From Dehalococcoidia bacterium (GTDB lineage: Bacteria; Chloroflexota; Dehalococcoidia; Bin125), in NCBI GenBank assembly GCA_963555985.3, contig OY820591.1, positions 2,016,001 through 2,080,000 on the forward strand: a stretch of DNA of 64,000 nucleotides, given 5' to 3'. Positions 1-9,794 of this stretch are shown here, in pieces; position 1 is the stretch's first letter; each line of letters opens with the position of its first letter. A program made the translations under genes and the position numbers. The notes below the pieces were generated by a model. The model worked only from the letters and a program-made list of their open reading frames with translations, searched no databases and was not told the DNA's origin.

Positions 1-844
1 CGGCGATCGTGACCAGACCGGCGCCCGCGCGGTAGGCTCCTCGCGCCGCCAAGACCGCCGCGCCCGGATAGCGCGACGAGCCCGCGATCACCAGCACCCG
101 CCCGAACGTGCCCTTGTGCGCGTCCGCGGCGCGATCCGGCAAGAGCGCTTTCGCCGCCCGACGCTCCAGCACCTCCGTGCGCAGGTCGTCGTCCAGACCG
201 GGCGGAATCCCGATCTCCACCTGCTGCACAGATCCCGCCGCCGCCGCACCCGGCTGCATGTACAGCCCCACCTTGGGCGCGTGAAAGGTCACTGTCTCGT
301 CCGCCGCTACCGCGAGCGGATCGAGCCTGCCGCTGTCCGCGTCCAGACCGGTGGGCAGATCGACCGCGACCAGCTTCGGTTTCACCGTGCGGCTGCGGGT
401 CGCCGCCAGCCGCCGCATGATCTCGGCTAGATCACCCTCGATCGGGCGCGTATTGCCGGTACCCAAGAGCGCGTCGATGATTGCTTCCGCGCCGCCCAGC
501 AACGCCTCCAGCGCCTCAAACTGATCGTCATCGGCGACGGTGCCGCAGGGCACGCCCAGTTCCAGTGTCTGCGTCCACTGCGTATCGTTGCGCTCATGCA
601 GCGCGTAGACCCGCACCTGCGCCCCCCACTCATGCAGATGCCGCGCGGCGACCAGGCCGTCGCCGCCGTTGTTGCCCGGCCCGACCAGCACGGCGATCCG
701 CCGGTCTTCGAGCGAGCCCAGCTGCATCCAGATTTCCTGAGCGACCGCGAGGCCGGCGTTCTCCATCAAGGTGTCGGTCGAGACTCCGGCCGCTTCCGCC
801 CGTTGTTCCAGTTCGCGCATCTCCGCAGCCGTGAGCAGTTTCAT
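1..844 (-). CDS. nnr: bifunctional NAD(P)H-hydrate epimerase/dehydratase (3' end truncated by window edge)
   Basis: Not in the ORF track. Manual translation from ATG 844 gives MKLLTAAEMRELEQRAEAAGVSTDTLMENAGLAVA, then GPGNNGGD, DALLGTG, AVDLPTG and HKGTFGRVLVIAGSSRYPGAA, the YjeF N and C domain motifs. Confidence 0.93.
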   Translation of the reverse strand, partial: MKLLTAAEMRELEQRAEAAGVSTDTLMENAGLAVAQEIWMQLGSLEDRRIAVLVGPGNNGGDGLVAARHLHEWGAQVRVYALHERNDTQWTQTLELGVPCGTVADDDQFEALEALLGGAEAIIDALLGTGNTRPIEGDLAEIMRRLAATRSRTVKPKLVAVDLPTGLDADSGRLDPLAVAADETVTFHAPKVGLYMQPGAAAAGSVQQVEIGIPPGLDDDLRTEVLERRAAKALLPDRAADAHKGTFGRVLVIAGSSRYPGAAVLAARGAYRAGAGLVTIA

Positions 845-861
845 GACGTCTCCAAAATCCC

Positions 862-1251
862 TTAGTGACGAGCTCGCGGCTGTCCCACCGCAAAGGCGCA
901 GACGATCGTCTGCTCATGGGTGAGACTAATCTCCACCCGCTCCAAGCCAATCGCCCGCGCCCGCTCGCGCGCCCCACCGTGCAGGATCACGACCGGTTTG
1001 CCTCGCGCGTTGGCCAGAATCTCGATCTCGCGCCACTTCACCCCGCGCACGCCCGTCCCGAGGCACTTCATTACCGCCTCCTTGCCCGCAAACCGCGCCG
1101 CCATCTCCGCCACCCGATCCCTGCAATAGTCCCGTTCGCGCTCCGTCAAGATCCGGCGCGGAAAGCGTTCCGGGTGTCGATTGAGCACACTTTCGAATCG
1201 CTCAATCAGGAGCAAGTCCACGCCGCAGGTCAGATCGCCGAACATCGCCAT
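862..1251 (-). CDS. acpS: holo-[acyl-carrier-protein] synthase
   Basis: GVDL, ARFAGKEAVMKCLGTG, GKP and ISLTH motifs; upstream of nnr, a common gene order. Start could be 1245, 1251 or 1263. Confidence 0.95.
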   Translation of the reverse strand: MAMFGDLTCGVDLLLIERFESVLNRHPERFPRRILTERERDYCRDRVAEMAARFAGKEAVMKCLGTGVRGVKWREIEILANARGKPVVILHGGARERARAIGLERVEISLTHEQTIVCAFAVGQPRARH

Positions 1252-1408
1252 AGATCGTATCAACGCCGCGTGAGGTCAGGGTCATCTGAGGGACGAAGGG
1301 GTAGATCCACGTCCACTCATCAGGGTCATGTTGCTATTCATAGCCGTGTTATATTGGCCGCCGTTCGCCTAGATGAGTTCACTGAATCGAAAGGTCGAGG
1401 TGAGTTTG

Positions 1409-4400
1409 ATGAACGGTACACAGGTCGTTCTGCGACTGGCAGCGATGGCGGTGCTCGTGGCCGCGGCATTTGCCATGCAGAACTTGCTTTCTAACGGGGG
1501 GGGGGTAAGTAGCTCCCTTCTGGCCCAGTCTCCCGCCGAAGCGGAGGAAGCGCAGGTCCGAGTCGCCGCCAAGCGGCTCGCCAACGGCAGGGTGGAACTG
1601 GCGGTTCAGGTCGAGACCCAGGGGCAGTGGTCGCCGCGCGTGCTGCCAGAGAAGCGCATGCTGTCGGCGAGGGCCAGGCTGGATGACTGGCTACAAACCA
1701 GCCAAGTCGGCCTCTCCAGCGGACACAAGGTCAGGATCAACGCACGACGGGTGGAGAGCGGCGAAGTCGAGCTCGGCTTGGTGGAGATCGTCAACGGCGA
1801 GAGCCAGGACCGACAGTTGCCGGACATTCGCCTGCTCCCGGCCGATCAGGCCGTCGGCGAGTGGTGGGACAGTTCCCCGCTGACCCTGCCCGCGCGCCTC
1901 TCGGAACCGACACATGTGCCGCTGGTGCGCGAATGGACGCGCGTCAACCCATCCCTCAGGTACAACACGCACTTCGATCGCAACGGAACGATCACGACCT
2001 CGGTTCGAACAGAACCGACGGGCGGAGGCGAATGGGCGACCGCCAGGTACGCGGGACGCTTGAGCCTACTCTGCTACAACAGCGAAAATTTCTCCTTCGA
2101 TATTCATGGGCTTTCACCACTGGTGGGCGACTCGGTTGCCGTCACATTGACGATTGACGGAGTACAACTGCCGCCCCAGGATTGGGGCGTCTGGACCCAC
2201 TACGAGGACGACGAGCCCGTGTACTCCAACGTCTGGTCACGAGATCCGCGCAAGCTGCTCCGGCTATTGCGAGGTGCGGAGGAACTGGAAGCGCAGATCG
2301 AGGGTCGTAATCAGACCAGCACGTGGGACCTGTCGGACATGTTGACGACCCCGGTCCAAGGCAACCTCGAACACTGCGGCAACTACGTCGTCGGTTACAT
2401 CCAACCGCCGCCTCCGCCTAACTACGTGCCGCTGGTCAACGCTAACGGCTGGCTCAGCAATGTGCGTTACCAGTCGAGACTGGCCGATGATGGGAGCGCG
2501 TGGGCCGAGACCCTGACCTATCCCGAAGACGGAGACCTGTTCCTAAAGATCGGAGCCTCGGACCACGGCGAGCACTTCTACGTGCTCGTCGATCAACTGC
2601 CGCCGTTGGATGTCGATGAGGTATCGGTGGTTTGGAGCGTGGACGACGGCGACAGCGTGAAAGAGCAATGGGGGGTGCAGACCTTCGAGGGATCGCACTC
2701 CTTTATCTCCCCGCGTGACCGGCCAGGGTTCTATGACCAGTTGCGCGGAGCATCGAGCTTCACCTTCGAGGTGAAGAAAGCCGATACTGGCAGCGTCACG
2801 CTCGACCTCACCCACACCTTCTCGACGCCGGTACAACTCAACATCGACGAGCGCGGCAGTTGGGTGGAGGGTCAGAGCCGCGAGCCCGTCTACGACTACG
2901 TGCCGCTGGCCAACGTGAACGGCACGACCGACGCAGGCCATTACTGGTCGGCTCACGCGCCGAACGAAGAAGGCTTGATCTGGACAGCGGTCAGGCTCGA
3001 TGCGGCCCTGCCTGATGGTGGCACTGCGACGCTCGATTTGCATTGCAACGGTGAAGGAGGTGTTGGCTTCGTCGTCGGCGGGGCTCCGCTGATTGACGCC
3101 GACAACGGCGTTGAGGTCTCCCTGCGCTTTGACGACGGCGAGGCAATCATCGAGCAGTGGTACTACCACCGATGGGGCAGCAGCGACAATGAGCACGCAT
3201 CGTTCGGCTCGCGCAGCCCACACAGGTTGGCGGCTCGGCTCAAGCAGGTTTCGGCGTTCACCTTCGAGGTACCGGGTCACGACTTCGGGCCGATCACGTT
3301 CAACATGGTCGGCTTTTTCGACACCCCGGTGCAAGACAACGTCGACAAGTGCGGCATGTACAAGCCCGGCGAAACCCGCGGGTTCGACTACGTGCCGATT
3401 GTCAACGCCACAGGTACGACCGGGAACGGTCTCCACTATCAAGCGTCCGTTGGTGAGTCCGGCGGCGTCTACACATCTGTTTACCGCACAGAGGAAACGG
3501 ATGGGACGTTCAATATCTTCGCCATGACCTGTCAACAGCACGGCGTGATTCACTTCCAACTGTCGCCGCTGCCCGCCATTGACGGCGATGAGATCGAGTT
3601 GACGATCCGCTACGGCGACGGCGACCCGACAATTGAGCAATGGCGCTACCACGCCATCCCGACCGGCGGTTTAGCCATCATGAGGAGCAGTGCCGCGTTG
3701 CTGGAGCAACTGCGATCGGTTGACACGATTACGGTTGAAGCTGCGGCGCACGACTGGGGCCCATTCACGTTCGACATCACCGGCCTGTTCGACACACCAG
3801 TGCAGGGCAACATCGACAACTGCGGCATGTACAAGCAGGGCGAAACCCGCAAACTGGAGCAGCCGGAGTCGCCGGTCATTTCGGGCCAGACGGACAGTTC
3901 GGATGGCGAGTCAATCATCCAATGGAGCCTCTCGCCGATCGGCGGGACAATCCCCAATATCTGGACGCGACACCTCCTGCACGACGGCGACTTGAAACTC
4001 TTCTTCTGGCCTGCCTGCAGCCCGAATGGCGTGACGCTCCTTCTCGGCGGTAGCCGATTCGGCGAGATCGCCACAGACCAGGTAGAAGTTGTGTGGTCCC
4101 TTGACGGTGGCGCTGAGCAGCGTGCGACTTGGAAGAAGTTGGCCAACTTCCCCTATGTCCACCCGGACGATGCGCTCGCGCTGATCTCGGCTTGGCGTCA
4201 CGGCCAGACGCTGGACATCACGGTCGAGAACGCGACCGCGCATACGCAGCGGTTCGACCTCGCAGAGCTGTTCGGGACGCCGATTCAGGCGGCGATGGAC
4301 GATTGCCTCGCGCTGCCGCAACCGGCGCTGCCGGCGCCGGCAGGCGCCGTGGACCCAACCACCGTTGATCAGTTGAGCTATGGCAGCGGCGCGACGCGGG

Positions 4401-4816
4401 GCAGTACCGTCGCCAGCACATCCCTGTCGTTGAGAGTTCCCAGTGACGACGCGCCCGACTGGGCCGGCTACAGTTCACGCTTCGAGGTTCACTGCGGCAT
4501 CGGCGGTTACCGGATCGCGATCTGGGGACTCGGGCTGACCTCGCCGTTGTACATAGCCGGCGACACCGTCGAGGTGACTTGGAGCGCGGACGGCGGGCCG
4601 ACGAAGACCGCAACCTGGGACGTCTGGCCCTGGAACCGCGAGTACTATGCCATCTCGCCGCAGGACGACTCGGCCCTCTACGCCGCGATCAAGGACGCCG
4701 ACTCCCTGACCATCACAGTCGCCTCGGATCCGGCCTTCCAGGAGACCTACGACCTTGCCGGCAACGGCTTCTGGGAGACGCCGGTGCAGCCCAACCTGGA
4801 CGCTTGCACCGGCTGA
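1409..4816 (+). CDS. large exported protein: signal/TM segment, two ~55-aa modules, six ~160-aa repeats
   Basis: ORF 1373..4816; GAGGTG SD before ATG 1409; hydrophobic N-terminus; six repeats ending in variants of (F/W)D(L/I)xxxFxTPVQxN(I/L)DxC. Confidence 0.85.
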   Translation: MNGTQVVLRLAAMAVLVAAAFAMQNLLSNGGGVSSSLLAQSPAEAEEAQVRVAAKRLANGRVELAVQVETQGQWSPRVLPEKRMLSARARLDDWLQTSQVGLSSGHKVRINARRVESGEVELGLVEIVNGESQDRQLPDIRLLPADQAVGEWWDSSPLTLPARLSEPTHVPLVREWTRVNPSLRYNTHFDRNGTITTSVRTEPTGGGEWATARYAGRLSLLCYNSENFSFDIHGLSPLVGDSVAVTLTIDGVQLPPQDWGVWTHYEDDEPVYSNVWSRDPRKLLRLLRGAEELEAQIEGRNQTSTWDLSDMLTTPVQGNLEHCGNYVVGYIQPPPPPNYVPLVNANGWLSNVRYQSRLADDGSAWAETLTYPEDGDLFLKIGASDHGEHFYVLVDQLPPLDVDEVSVVWSVDDGDSVKEQWGVQTFEGSHSFISPRDRPGFYDQLRGASSFTFEVKKADTGSVTLDLTHTFSTPVQLNIDERGSWVEGQSREPVYDYVPLANVNGTTDAGHYWSAHAPNEEGLIWTAVRLDAALPDGGTATLDLHCNGEGGVGFVVGGAPLIDADNGVEVSLRFDDGEAIIEQWYYHRWGSSDNEHASFGSRSPHRLAARLKQVSAFTFEVPGHDFGPITFNMVGFFDTPVQDNVDKCGMYKPGETRGFDYVPIVNATGTTGNGLHYQASVGESGGVYTSVYRTEETDGTFNIFAMTCQQHGVIHFQLSPLPAIDGDEIELTIRYGDGDPTIEQWRYHAIPTGGLAIMRSSAALLEQLRSVDTITVEAAAHDWGPFTFDITGLFDTPVQGNIDNCGMYKQGETRKLEQPESPVISGQTDSSDGESIIQWSLSPIGGTIPNIWTRHLLHDGDLKLFFWPACSPNGVTLLLGGSRFGEIATDQVEVVWSLDGGAEQRATWKKLANFPYVHPDDALALISAWRHGQTLDITVENATAHTQRFDLAELFGTPIQAAMDDCLALPQPALPAPAGAVDPTTVDQLSYGSGATRGSTVASTSLSLRVPSDDAPDWAGYSSRFEVHCGIGGYRIAIWGLGLTSPLYIAGDTVEVTWSADGGPTKTATWDVWPWNREYYAISPQDDSALYAAIKDADSLTITVASDPAFQETYDLAGNGFWETPVQPNLDACTG
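1496..1505 (+). repeat. G10 homopolymer inside the 5' coding region of the exported protein
   Basis: ctaacGGGGGGGGGGtaagt read directly from the sequence. Confidence 0.9.
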
Positions 4817-4876
4817 CGCCGCCAACGCGCAGTCACACCGCCCCGGCGGCCGTTGAGCGGTCGTTGGGGCGTTGGT

Positions 4877-5527
4877 TCAGGCCGAATCCCAGATTCTCGA
4901 CAGATCGACCGAGAGGCCGGGCATCACGCCCTCGCCCGACAGCGTTTCCGGACGCTCCAACAGCTCCGGCTCCGACTCACCTTCCCGATACACCCAGATC
5001 CGACTCTCGTACGTATCAATCAGCCATCCAAGCCTCGCACCGTAACCGAGCCAACGCTCCATCTTCGTCTGTTGGTCTTCGAGCTGGTCGCTGCGGGAGC
5101 GCACCTCAACCACGAAATCGGGACAGACCGACAACAGCGCCGCATCATCCGCCACTGCCGCGTAGCGTTCGTCGCTGATCCAGGAAACATCGGGAATCCG
5201 CATCGGCCGGCCGCCCAGATTGACCGCTCCGTCGGCGCCGCCGGTATGCCCTCCGCCGCCGCCGCGCCGCCACAGGTTGACGTCGGTCGCGATCTCGATC
5301 GCGACCTCGCTGTTACTGAATCCCGTGCCAGGCATGAGCGACAACGCCCCCTCTTCGATCACCTCGATGTCCCATTCCGGGTTCTGCTCCCAGAGTTCGA
5401 GCATGGCCGCTTCGCTGATCGGCCAAGACTCGGGCAAGCGCAAGATGATCGGGTCAACCGGTATCGGTTGAGGCGGGGCGTCAGCCTGGTCGGACGCCGC
5501 TTCAGGCGCGGGCGCAGTGGAGACCAT
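4877..5527 (-). CDS. Uma2 family (DUF820) PD-(D/E)xK endonuclease
   Basis: RIPDVSWI, CPDFVVEVRSRSD, KMERWLGYGARLGWLID and LSGEGVMPG motifs. Confidence 0.9.
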   Translation of the reverse strand: MVSTAPAPEAASDQADAPPQPIPVDPIILRLPESWPISEAAMLELWEQNPEWDIEVIEEGALSLMPGTGFSNSEVAIEIATDVNLWRRGGGGGHTGGADGAVNLGGRPMRIPDVSWISDERYAAVADDAALLSVCPDFVVEVRSRSDQLEDQQTKMERWLGYGARLGWLIDTYESRIWVYREGESEPELLERPETLSGEGVMPGLSVDLSRIWDSA

Positions 5528-5613
5528 GCGCGTTCCTTTCAGGGTTGAGGTCAGGATACGTGAATCCCACAACCGCAATCCCCCATACGCCGCCGCAGAC
5601 ATACCCTGACCGC

Positions 5614-6513
5614 ATGACCGCTCAACTCATCGACGGCGCAGCGATCGCGGGCGGCATCCGCGACGCTCTCGCCCGGCAGACCGGCGATATGCTCGCGCGC
5701 GGACTGCTTCCGCATCTGGCTGTGCTCCTGGTCGGCGACAACCCTGCTTCTGCTTCGTATGTGCGGGGCAAAGTCCGCGCCGGCAAACAGACCGGCATCA
5801 AGGTCGTCATCCACCGGATTGAAGCGGATCCGGATGCTCGGCTCACTGAGCGCCGTATCCGCGACCGGATCGATCTGCTCAACGCCGACCCTGATGTGCA
5901 CGGGATCATCCTCCAGCTCCCCGTCCCCGATGAGGTGGACGCCGATGCGCTGCTCGAGCGGATCGATCCGCTCAAGGACGTCGACGGACTCCACCCCGCT
6001 AACCAGGGGCGCATCCTCCAGGGGCGCGAACGCTTCCTCCCGGCCACGCCCCACGGCGTGCAACAGTTGCTCGTGCGCTCCGGGAATGATCCGGCCGGCA
6101 AGCACATCGTGATTGTCGGACGCTCGCGCCTGGTGGGGATGCCGCTCGCGGCGATGCTCGCGCAGAAACGCACCGGCGCGAACGCGACCGTGACCGTCTG
6201 CCACACGCGCACCGTCGCGCTCGCCACCCACACCCGCCAGGCCGACATCCTCGTCGCCGCCACCGGCCGCGCCGCCACGATCACCGCCGAGATGGTGCGC
6301 GAGGGAGCGGTTGTGATCGATGTCGGCGTCAACCGCGTGGACGATCCGACGCGCAAACGCGGATACCGCCTTGCCGGAGACGTCGACTTTGATGCAGTTG
6401 CCGAGAAAGCCTCCTTCATCACGCCCGTCCCAGGCGGCGTCGGTCCGATGACCGTCGCCATGCTCCTCAACAACGTCACCCGCGCCGCTCGAATGGCCCA
6501 GCAGCGCCGCTGA
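5614..6513 (+). CDS. folD: bifunctional methylenetetrahydrofolate dehydrogenase/cyclohydrolase
   Basis: LIDG start, ASASYVRGK, GIILQLP, KDVDGLHP, VIDVG and TPVPGGVGPMTVAML motifs. Confidence 0.97.
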   Translation: MTAQLIDGAAIAGGIRDALARQTGDMLARGLLPHLAVLLVGDNPASASYVRGKVRAGKQTGIKVVIHRIEADPDARLTERRIRDRIDLLNADPDVHGIILQLPVPDEVDADALLERIDPLKDVDGLHPANQGRILQGRERFLPATPHGVQQLLVRSGNDPAGKHIVIVGRSRLVGMPLAAMLAQKRTGANATVTVCHTRTVALATHTRQADILVAATGRAATITAEMVREGAVVIDVGVNRVDDPTRKRGYRLAGDVDFDAVAEKASFITPVPGGVGPMTVAMLLNNVTRAARMAQQRR

Positions 6514-6545
6514 TTCGATGCAGTCCGGGCGGCTATCCTGTCGGC

Positions 6546-7031
6546 ATGGTCGCTGTCGATCGTCTCCCCATCTACGAGTTCCTGACCCGCGAACTCGGCT
6601 GGTCGGATGATCACGCCCGCACCGCCGGAGACATCCTCACCGCCACCCTTGAACACGCCGCAAAAGCGGAAGACCTCTACCAGTTGCGTGATCAACTGGC
6701 GGAGCTCAAGGAACGGCTCGAGGGTTTGGAGCGCCAGTTGAGCGAATTGAAACTCTCGTTCGAGCTGTTTCGCCAACTCACCGAGCAGCGCTTCGATACG
6801 GTGATAGCTCGAATCGATCAGCTGGAGCGACAGGCAGAAGAACGCGATCGCCGCCAACGAACCGAGCAGGAGGAACGCGATCTCCGGTTGCGAGCCGAGC
6901 AGGAAGAACGCGACCGTCGCAATCGAGCTGAGTGGGATGCCCGTTTCAACCGCTTTCGGCTCCAGGTTGCGCTCGCTCTGTTCACCGGGTTCGGCACGAC
7001 CATTGGCCTGATCGTGACCCGCTTCTTCTGA
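6546..7031 (+). CDS. coiled-coil protein with C-terminal membrane anchor (CCDC90/DUF1640-like)
   Basis: Small head, AKAEDL neck-like motif, long coiled coil, C-terminal TM (LQVALALFTGFGTTIGLIV). Confidence 0.6.
   Translation: MVAVDRLPIYEFLTRELGWSDDHARTAGDILTATLEHAAKAEDLYQLRDQLAELKERLEGLERQLSELKLSFELFRQLTEQRFDTVIARIDQLERQAEERDRRQRTEQEERDLRLRAEQEERDRRNRAEWDARFNRFRLQVALALFTGFGTTIGLIVTRFF
6834..6932 (+). repeat. three imperfect 33-bp in-frame tandem repeats
   Basis: GAACGCGA recurs at 6840, 6873 and 6906; encodes (E)QEERDxRxRA units. Confidence 0.8.
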
Positions 7032-7102
7032 ACGCAGCTTCACTTTCCTTTCCCCTGATACGCTCACGACATCGCCTTGATGCGATCCAAGGACACCAGA
7101 GC

Positions 7103-8237
7103 ATGGACGATCTGCGCGACCGCTTTGACCAGCTTGGGCAACAGCTTCACGACACCCTGGAGCGTCTTTGACCTGACCGCGCTCGAAGCTGAGGCCGAAC
7201 GTCTCGAACAGCAATCGGCCGCGCCCGGGTTCTGGGACGACGCCGAACACGCCCGCGTCCTGATGCAGCGTCTGGCCGAGCGTCAGCGCACGATTGAGAC
7301 CTGGCGCGCGCTGGAGCAGCGCCTTGAGGACGCGGCCGAACTGCTCGAACTGGCCGACGACGATGACGACAGTTCGTCCTTCGCCGACGAGCTTCAGTTC
7401 GAAGCCGAGCAGATCGCTGCTCAGCTCGAAGAGCGCGCCTTCGAGCTCGCCTTCTCCGGCCCTTATGACGAGCGCAGCGCGATCGTTGCGATCTTCGCCG
7501 GGGCGGGCGGGGTGGACTCGCAAGACTGGACCGAGATGCTCTTGCGGATGTACCAGCGCTGGGCTGAACGCGCGGGTTTCAATGTCGATCTGGTCGATCT
7601 GGTCGACGGCGACGAAGCGGGACTCAAGTCGGCCACGCTCGAAGTCAGCGGCGAACGCGCCTACGGTTGGCTGCGCTCCGAGCACGGCGTCCACCGCCTC
7701 GTCCGCATCTCTCCCTTCGATCAGAATCACGCCCGTCATACTTCCTTCGCCCGCGTCGAGATCATGCCCGAAACCGAGTCCGCCTCCGAAATCGAGATCA
7801 ACGACGACGAGCTCAAGCTCGATGTCTACCGCGCCTCGGGCAACGGCGGCCAGAACGTGCAGAAGAACTCGACCGCCGTGCGGATCACCCATCTGCCTAC
7901 GGGCTTTGTCGTCAGCTGCCAGAATGAACGCTCGCTGCGCCGCAATCGCGAGTCGGCGATGATGGTGCTGAAGGCGCGCTTGTTGATGCGGCAAGAGCAA
8001 GAGCGTGAAGCGGAGCGGCTGAAAATTCGCGGCGAACATATTGAGGCGGGTTGGGGCAACCAGATTCGCTCCTACGTGCTCCAGCCCTACCGGATGGTGA
8101 AAGATCTGCGCACTCAATACGAAACCGCGGACACTGACGCTGTGCTCGACGGCGAGTTGGAGCCGTTCTTGCGCGCATCGCTGGAAGCCAAGATCGGCGA
8201 CGCGCTGCATCAGGAACCGGTTGAGGCGGCCCGATGA
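7103..8237 (+). CDS. prfB: peptide chain release factor 2, programmed +1 frameshift at CTT TGA C (7166-7172)
   Basis: Short ORF0 MDDLRDRFDQLGQQLHDTLERL ends at CTT-TGA preceded by an internal GGAG; the +1 frame continues DLTALE with SPF and GGQ motifs. Confidence 0.96.
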
Positions 8238-9763
8238 CGCCGCCCCGCGCCGTTCGAGTGGCTGCTTCGATCTGGGCCGGCCTCATGCTCGCGCTGCTGT
8301 GCTGGGCGACGCTCGGCGCGCAGGAGGGGCTGGTCGTCCAGAGCACACGCTTCGAAAACGAATGGCCCGACAATGTCGGCGTAATCGCGCTGGTTGACGA
8401 CGCCGCCGCCGAGTCCATCGAATCCGCCTGGTTCCACTACCAAATCTTGCCCGAAGGCGCGATCACCCGCACCGAGGCTGATGTCGAAATCGGCGACATC
8501 TCCCGCCTCCACGCCGTCATCCCCACCCGCGACGGCGACCTTTGGATCCCAGCCGGCGCAGACTTTGAGTGGTACTGGGAGGTGGTCCTCAGCGACGGCC
8601 AGATCGTCAGCACCGAACCCCAGATCTGGCGCTACGAAGATCCCCGCTTCGAGTGGAGCTCGATTAGCGAAGGCGTACTCGAAGTCGCCTACTACGATCG
8701 CACCGACATTGCCGAAGCGCTCTTGCGTGAGGGAGTGCAGGCGATTGAAGACATGACTGCTTTGATGGGTATCGAAGAACTGATTCCGATCAAGGTCTAC
8801 GTCTGGGCGAACACCAACGACGCGCGTCAGGTGGAGCGGATTCTCTCCGAGGAATTTGAGGAGTCGGTGATCACCGGCGGTACGCGCGTGCTCGCCGATC
8901 TGGTGCATATCTACCAACCCTCGCGCTGGGTGATCCGGCACGAACTCACCCATGTGCTGACCAAGATCGCCGGCGAAGGCCCTTACGGCGACTTGCCCGC
9001 CTGGCTCGACGAGGGCACTGCCACGATCGCCGAAGACGACTGGCGCAGCCGGCGCGGCGCCGTGCTCGACTTTGCCATCGCCAACGACCGCCTGCTCTCT
9101 TTGCGCAGCATGGAGGCGACTTCCAACCGCCCCGATCAGGTTGACCTCTTCTACGGTCAGTCGGCGGCGATCGTGACTTGGCTGGTCGACGAGTTCGGGC
9201 AGGCGAAGATGGCTGAACTCTTCGCTGTCTTCAAGGCCGGCTCGAACGTCGAGAACGCCTTGCTCGAGGTCTACGGCCTGGGCCGCGACGAGATCGAGGA
9301 CGCTTGGCGCGAGTCTGTCGGCCTGGCTCCCCGCGAGCGAGGCGAGGACAGGTCGACGGAGATCGAGGACGAGGTGATCAGCGGTCCTCAGATCGCGGGC
9401 GAAGAGGAGGAAAGCGAGGCCGGCCAAGCAGATTCGCAGGCGCAAGCTGAGGAAGCACAGGCGGCCGCGCCTGCGAGCGACGATCCAGATGAGAGCGACG
9501 CCGGCGCAGGATCGGCGGGGGAGCAAGCGCAAGAGGCGGAGACGACCGCGGCGGGCGGGCGCAGCCAGGCTGAGATCGACGAGCGTAAAGCGGAAATCGA
9601 ACGCCGTCAGCAAGAGCGCCGCCCTGCGCCCGTCTTCGCCACCCCGGGCGAGTTCCCCTGGGAATACGTCTTGATCGGTGTCGCCGGAGGCTTGCTCGCG
9701 CTGAGCGCGCTCTGGCTGATCCGAATTCTCACGCCGAGCAGCCAACGCCAATCGACTCCTTGA
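8234..9763 (+). CDS. peptidase MA family zinc metalloprotease, exported, with C-terminal TM anchor
   Basis: Signal peptide; HELTH and PAWLDEGTA motifs; acidic low-complexity linker then TM helix; ATGA overlap with prfB. Confidence 0.85.
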   Translation: MTPPRAVRVAASIWAGLMLALLCWATLGAQEGLVVQSTRFENEWPDNVGVIALVDDAAAESIESAWFHYQILPEGAITRTEADVEIGDISRLHAVIPTRDGDLWIPAGADFEWYWEVVLSDGQIVSTEPQIWRYEDPRFEWSSISEGVLEVAYYDRTDIAEALLREGVQAIEDMTALMGIEELIPIKVYVWANTNDARQVERILSEEFEESVITGGTRVLADLVHIYQPSRWVIRHELTHVLTKIAGEGPYGDLPAWLDEGTATIAEDDWRSRRGAVLDFAIANDRLLSLRSMEATSNRPDQVDLFYGQSAAIVTWLVDEFGQAKMAELFAVFKAGSNVENALLEVYGLGRDEIEDAWRESVGLAPRERGEDRSTEIEDEVISGPQIAGEEEESEAGQADSQAQAEEAQAAAPASDDPDESDAGAGSAGEQAQEAETTAAGGRSQAEIDERKAEIERRQQERRPAPVFATPGEFPWEYVLIGVAGGLLALSALWLIRILTPSSQRQSTP

Positions 9764-9794
9764 GCGCCAAGCTTTCTCCCTCTCTCGCACTGTT

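Noticed and set aside
7166-7172. In-frame stop in prfB as evidence of a pseudogene
   Set aside because: It is the canonical programmed frameshift site.
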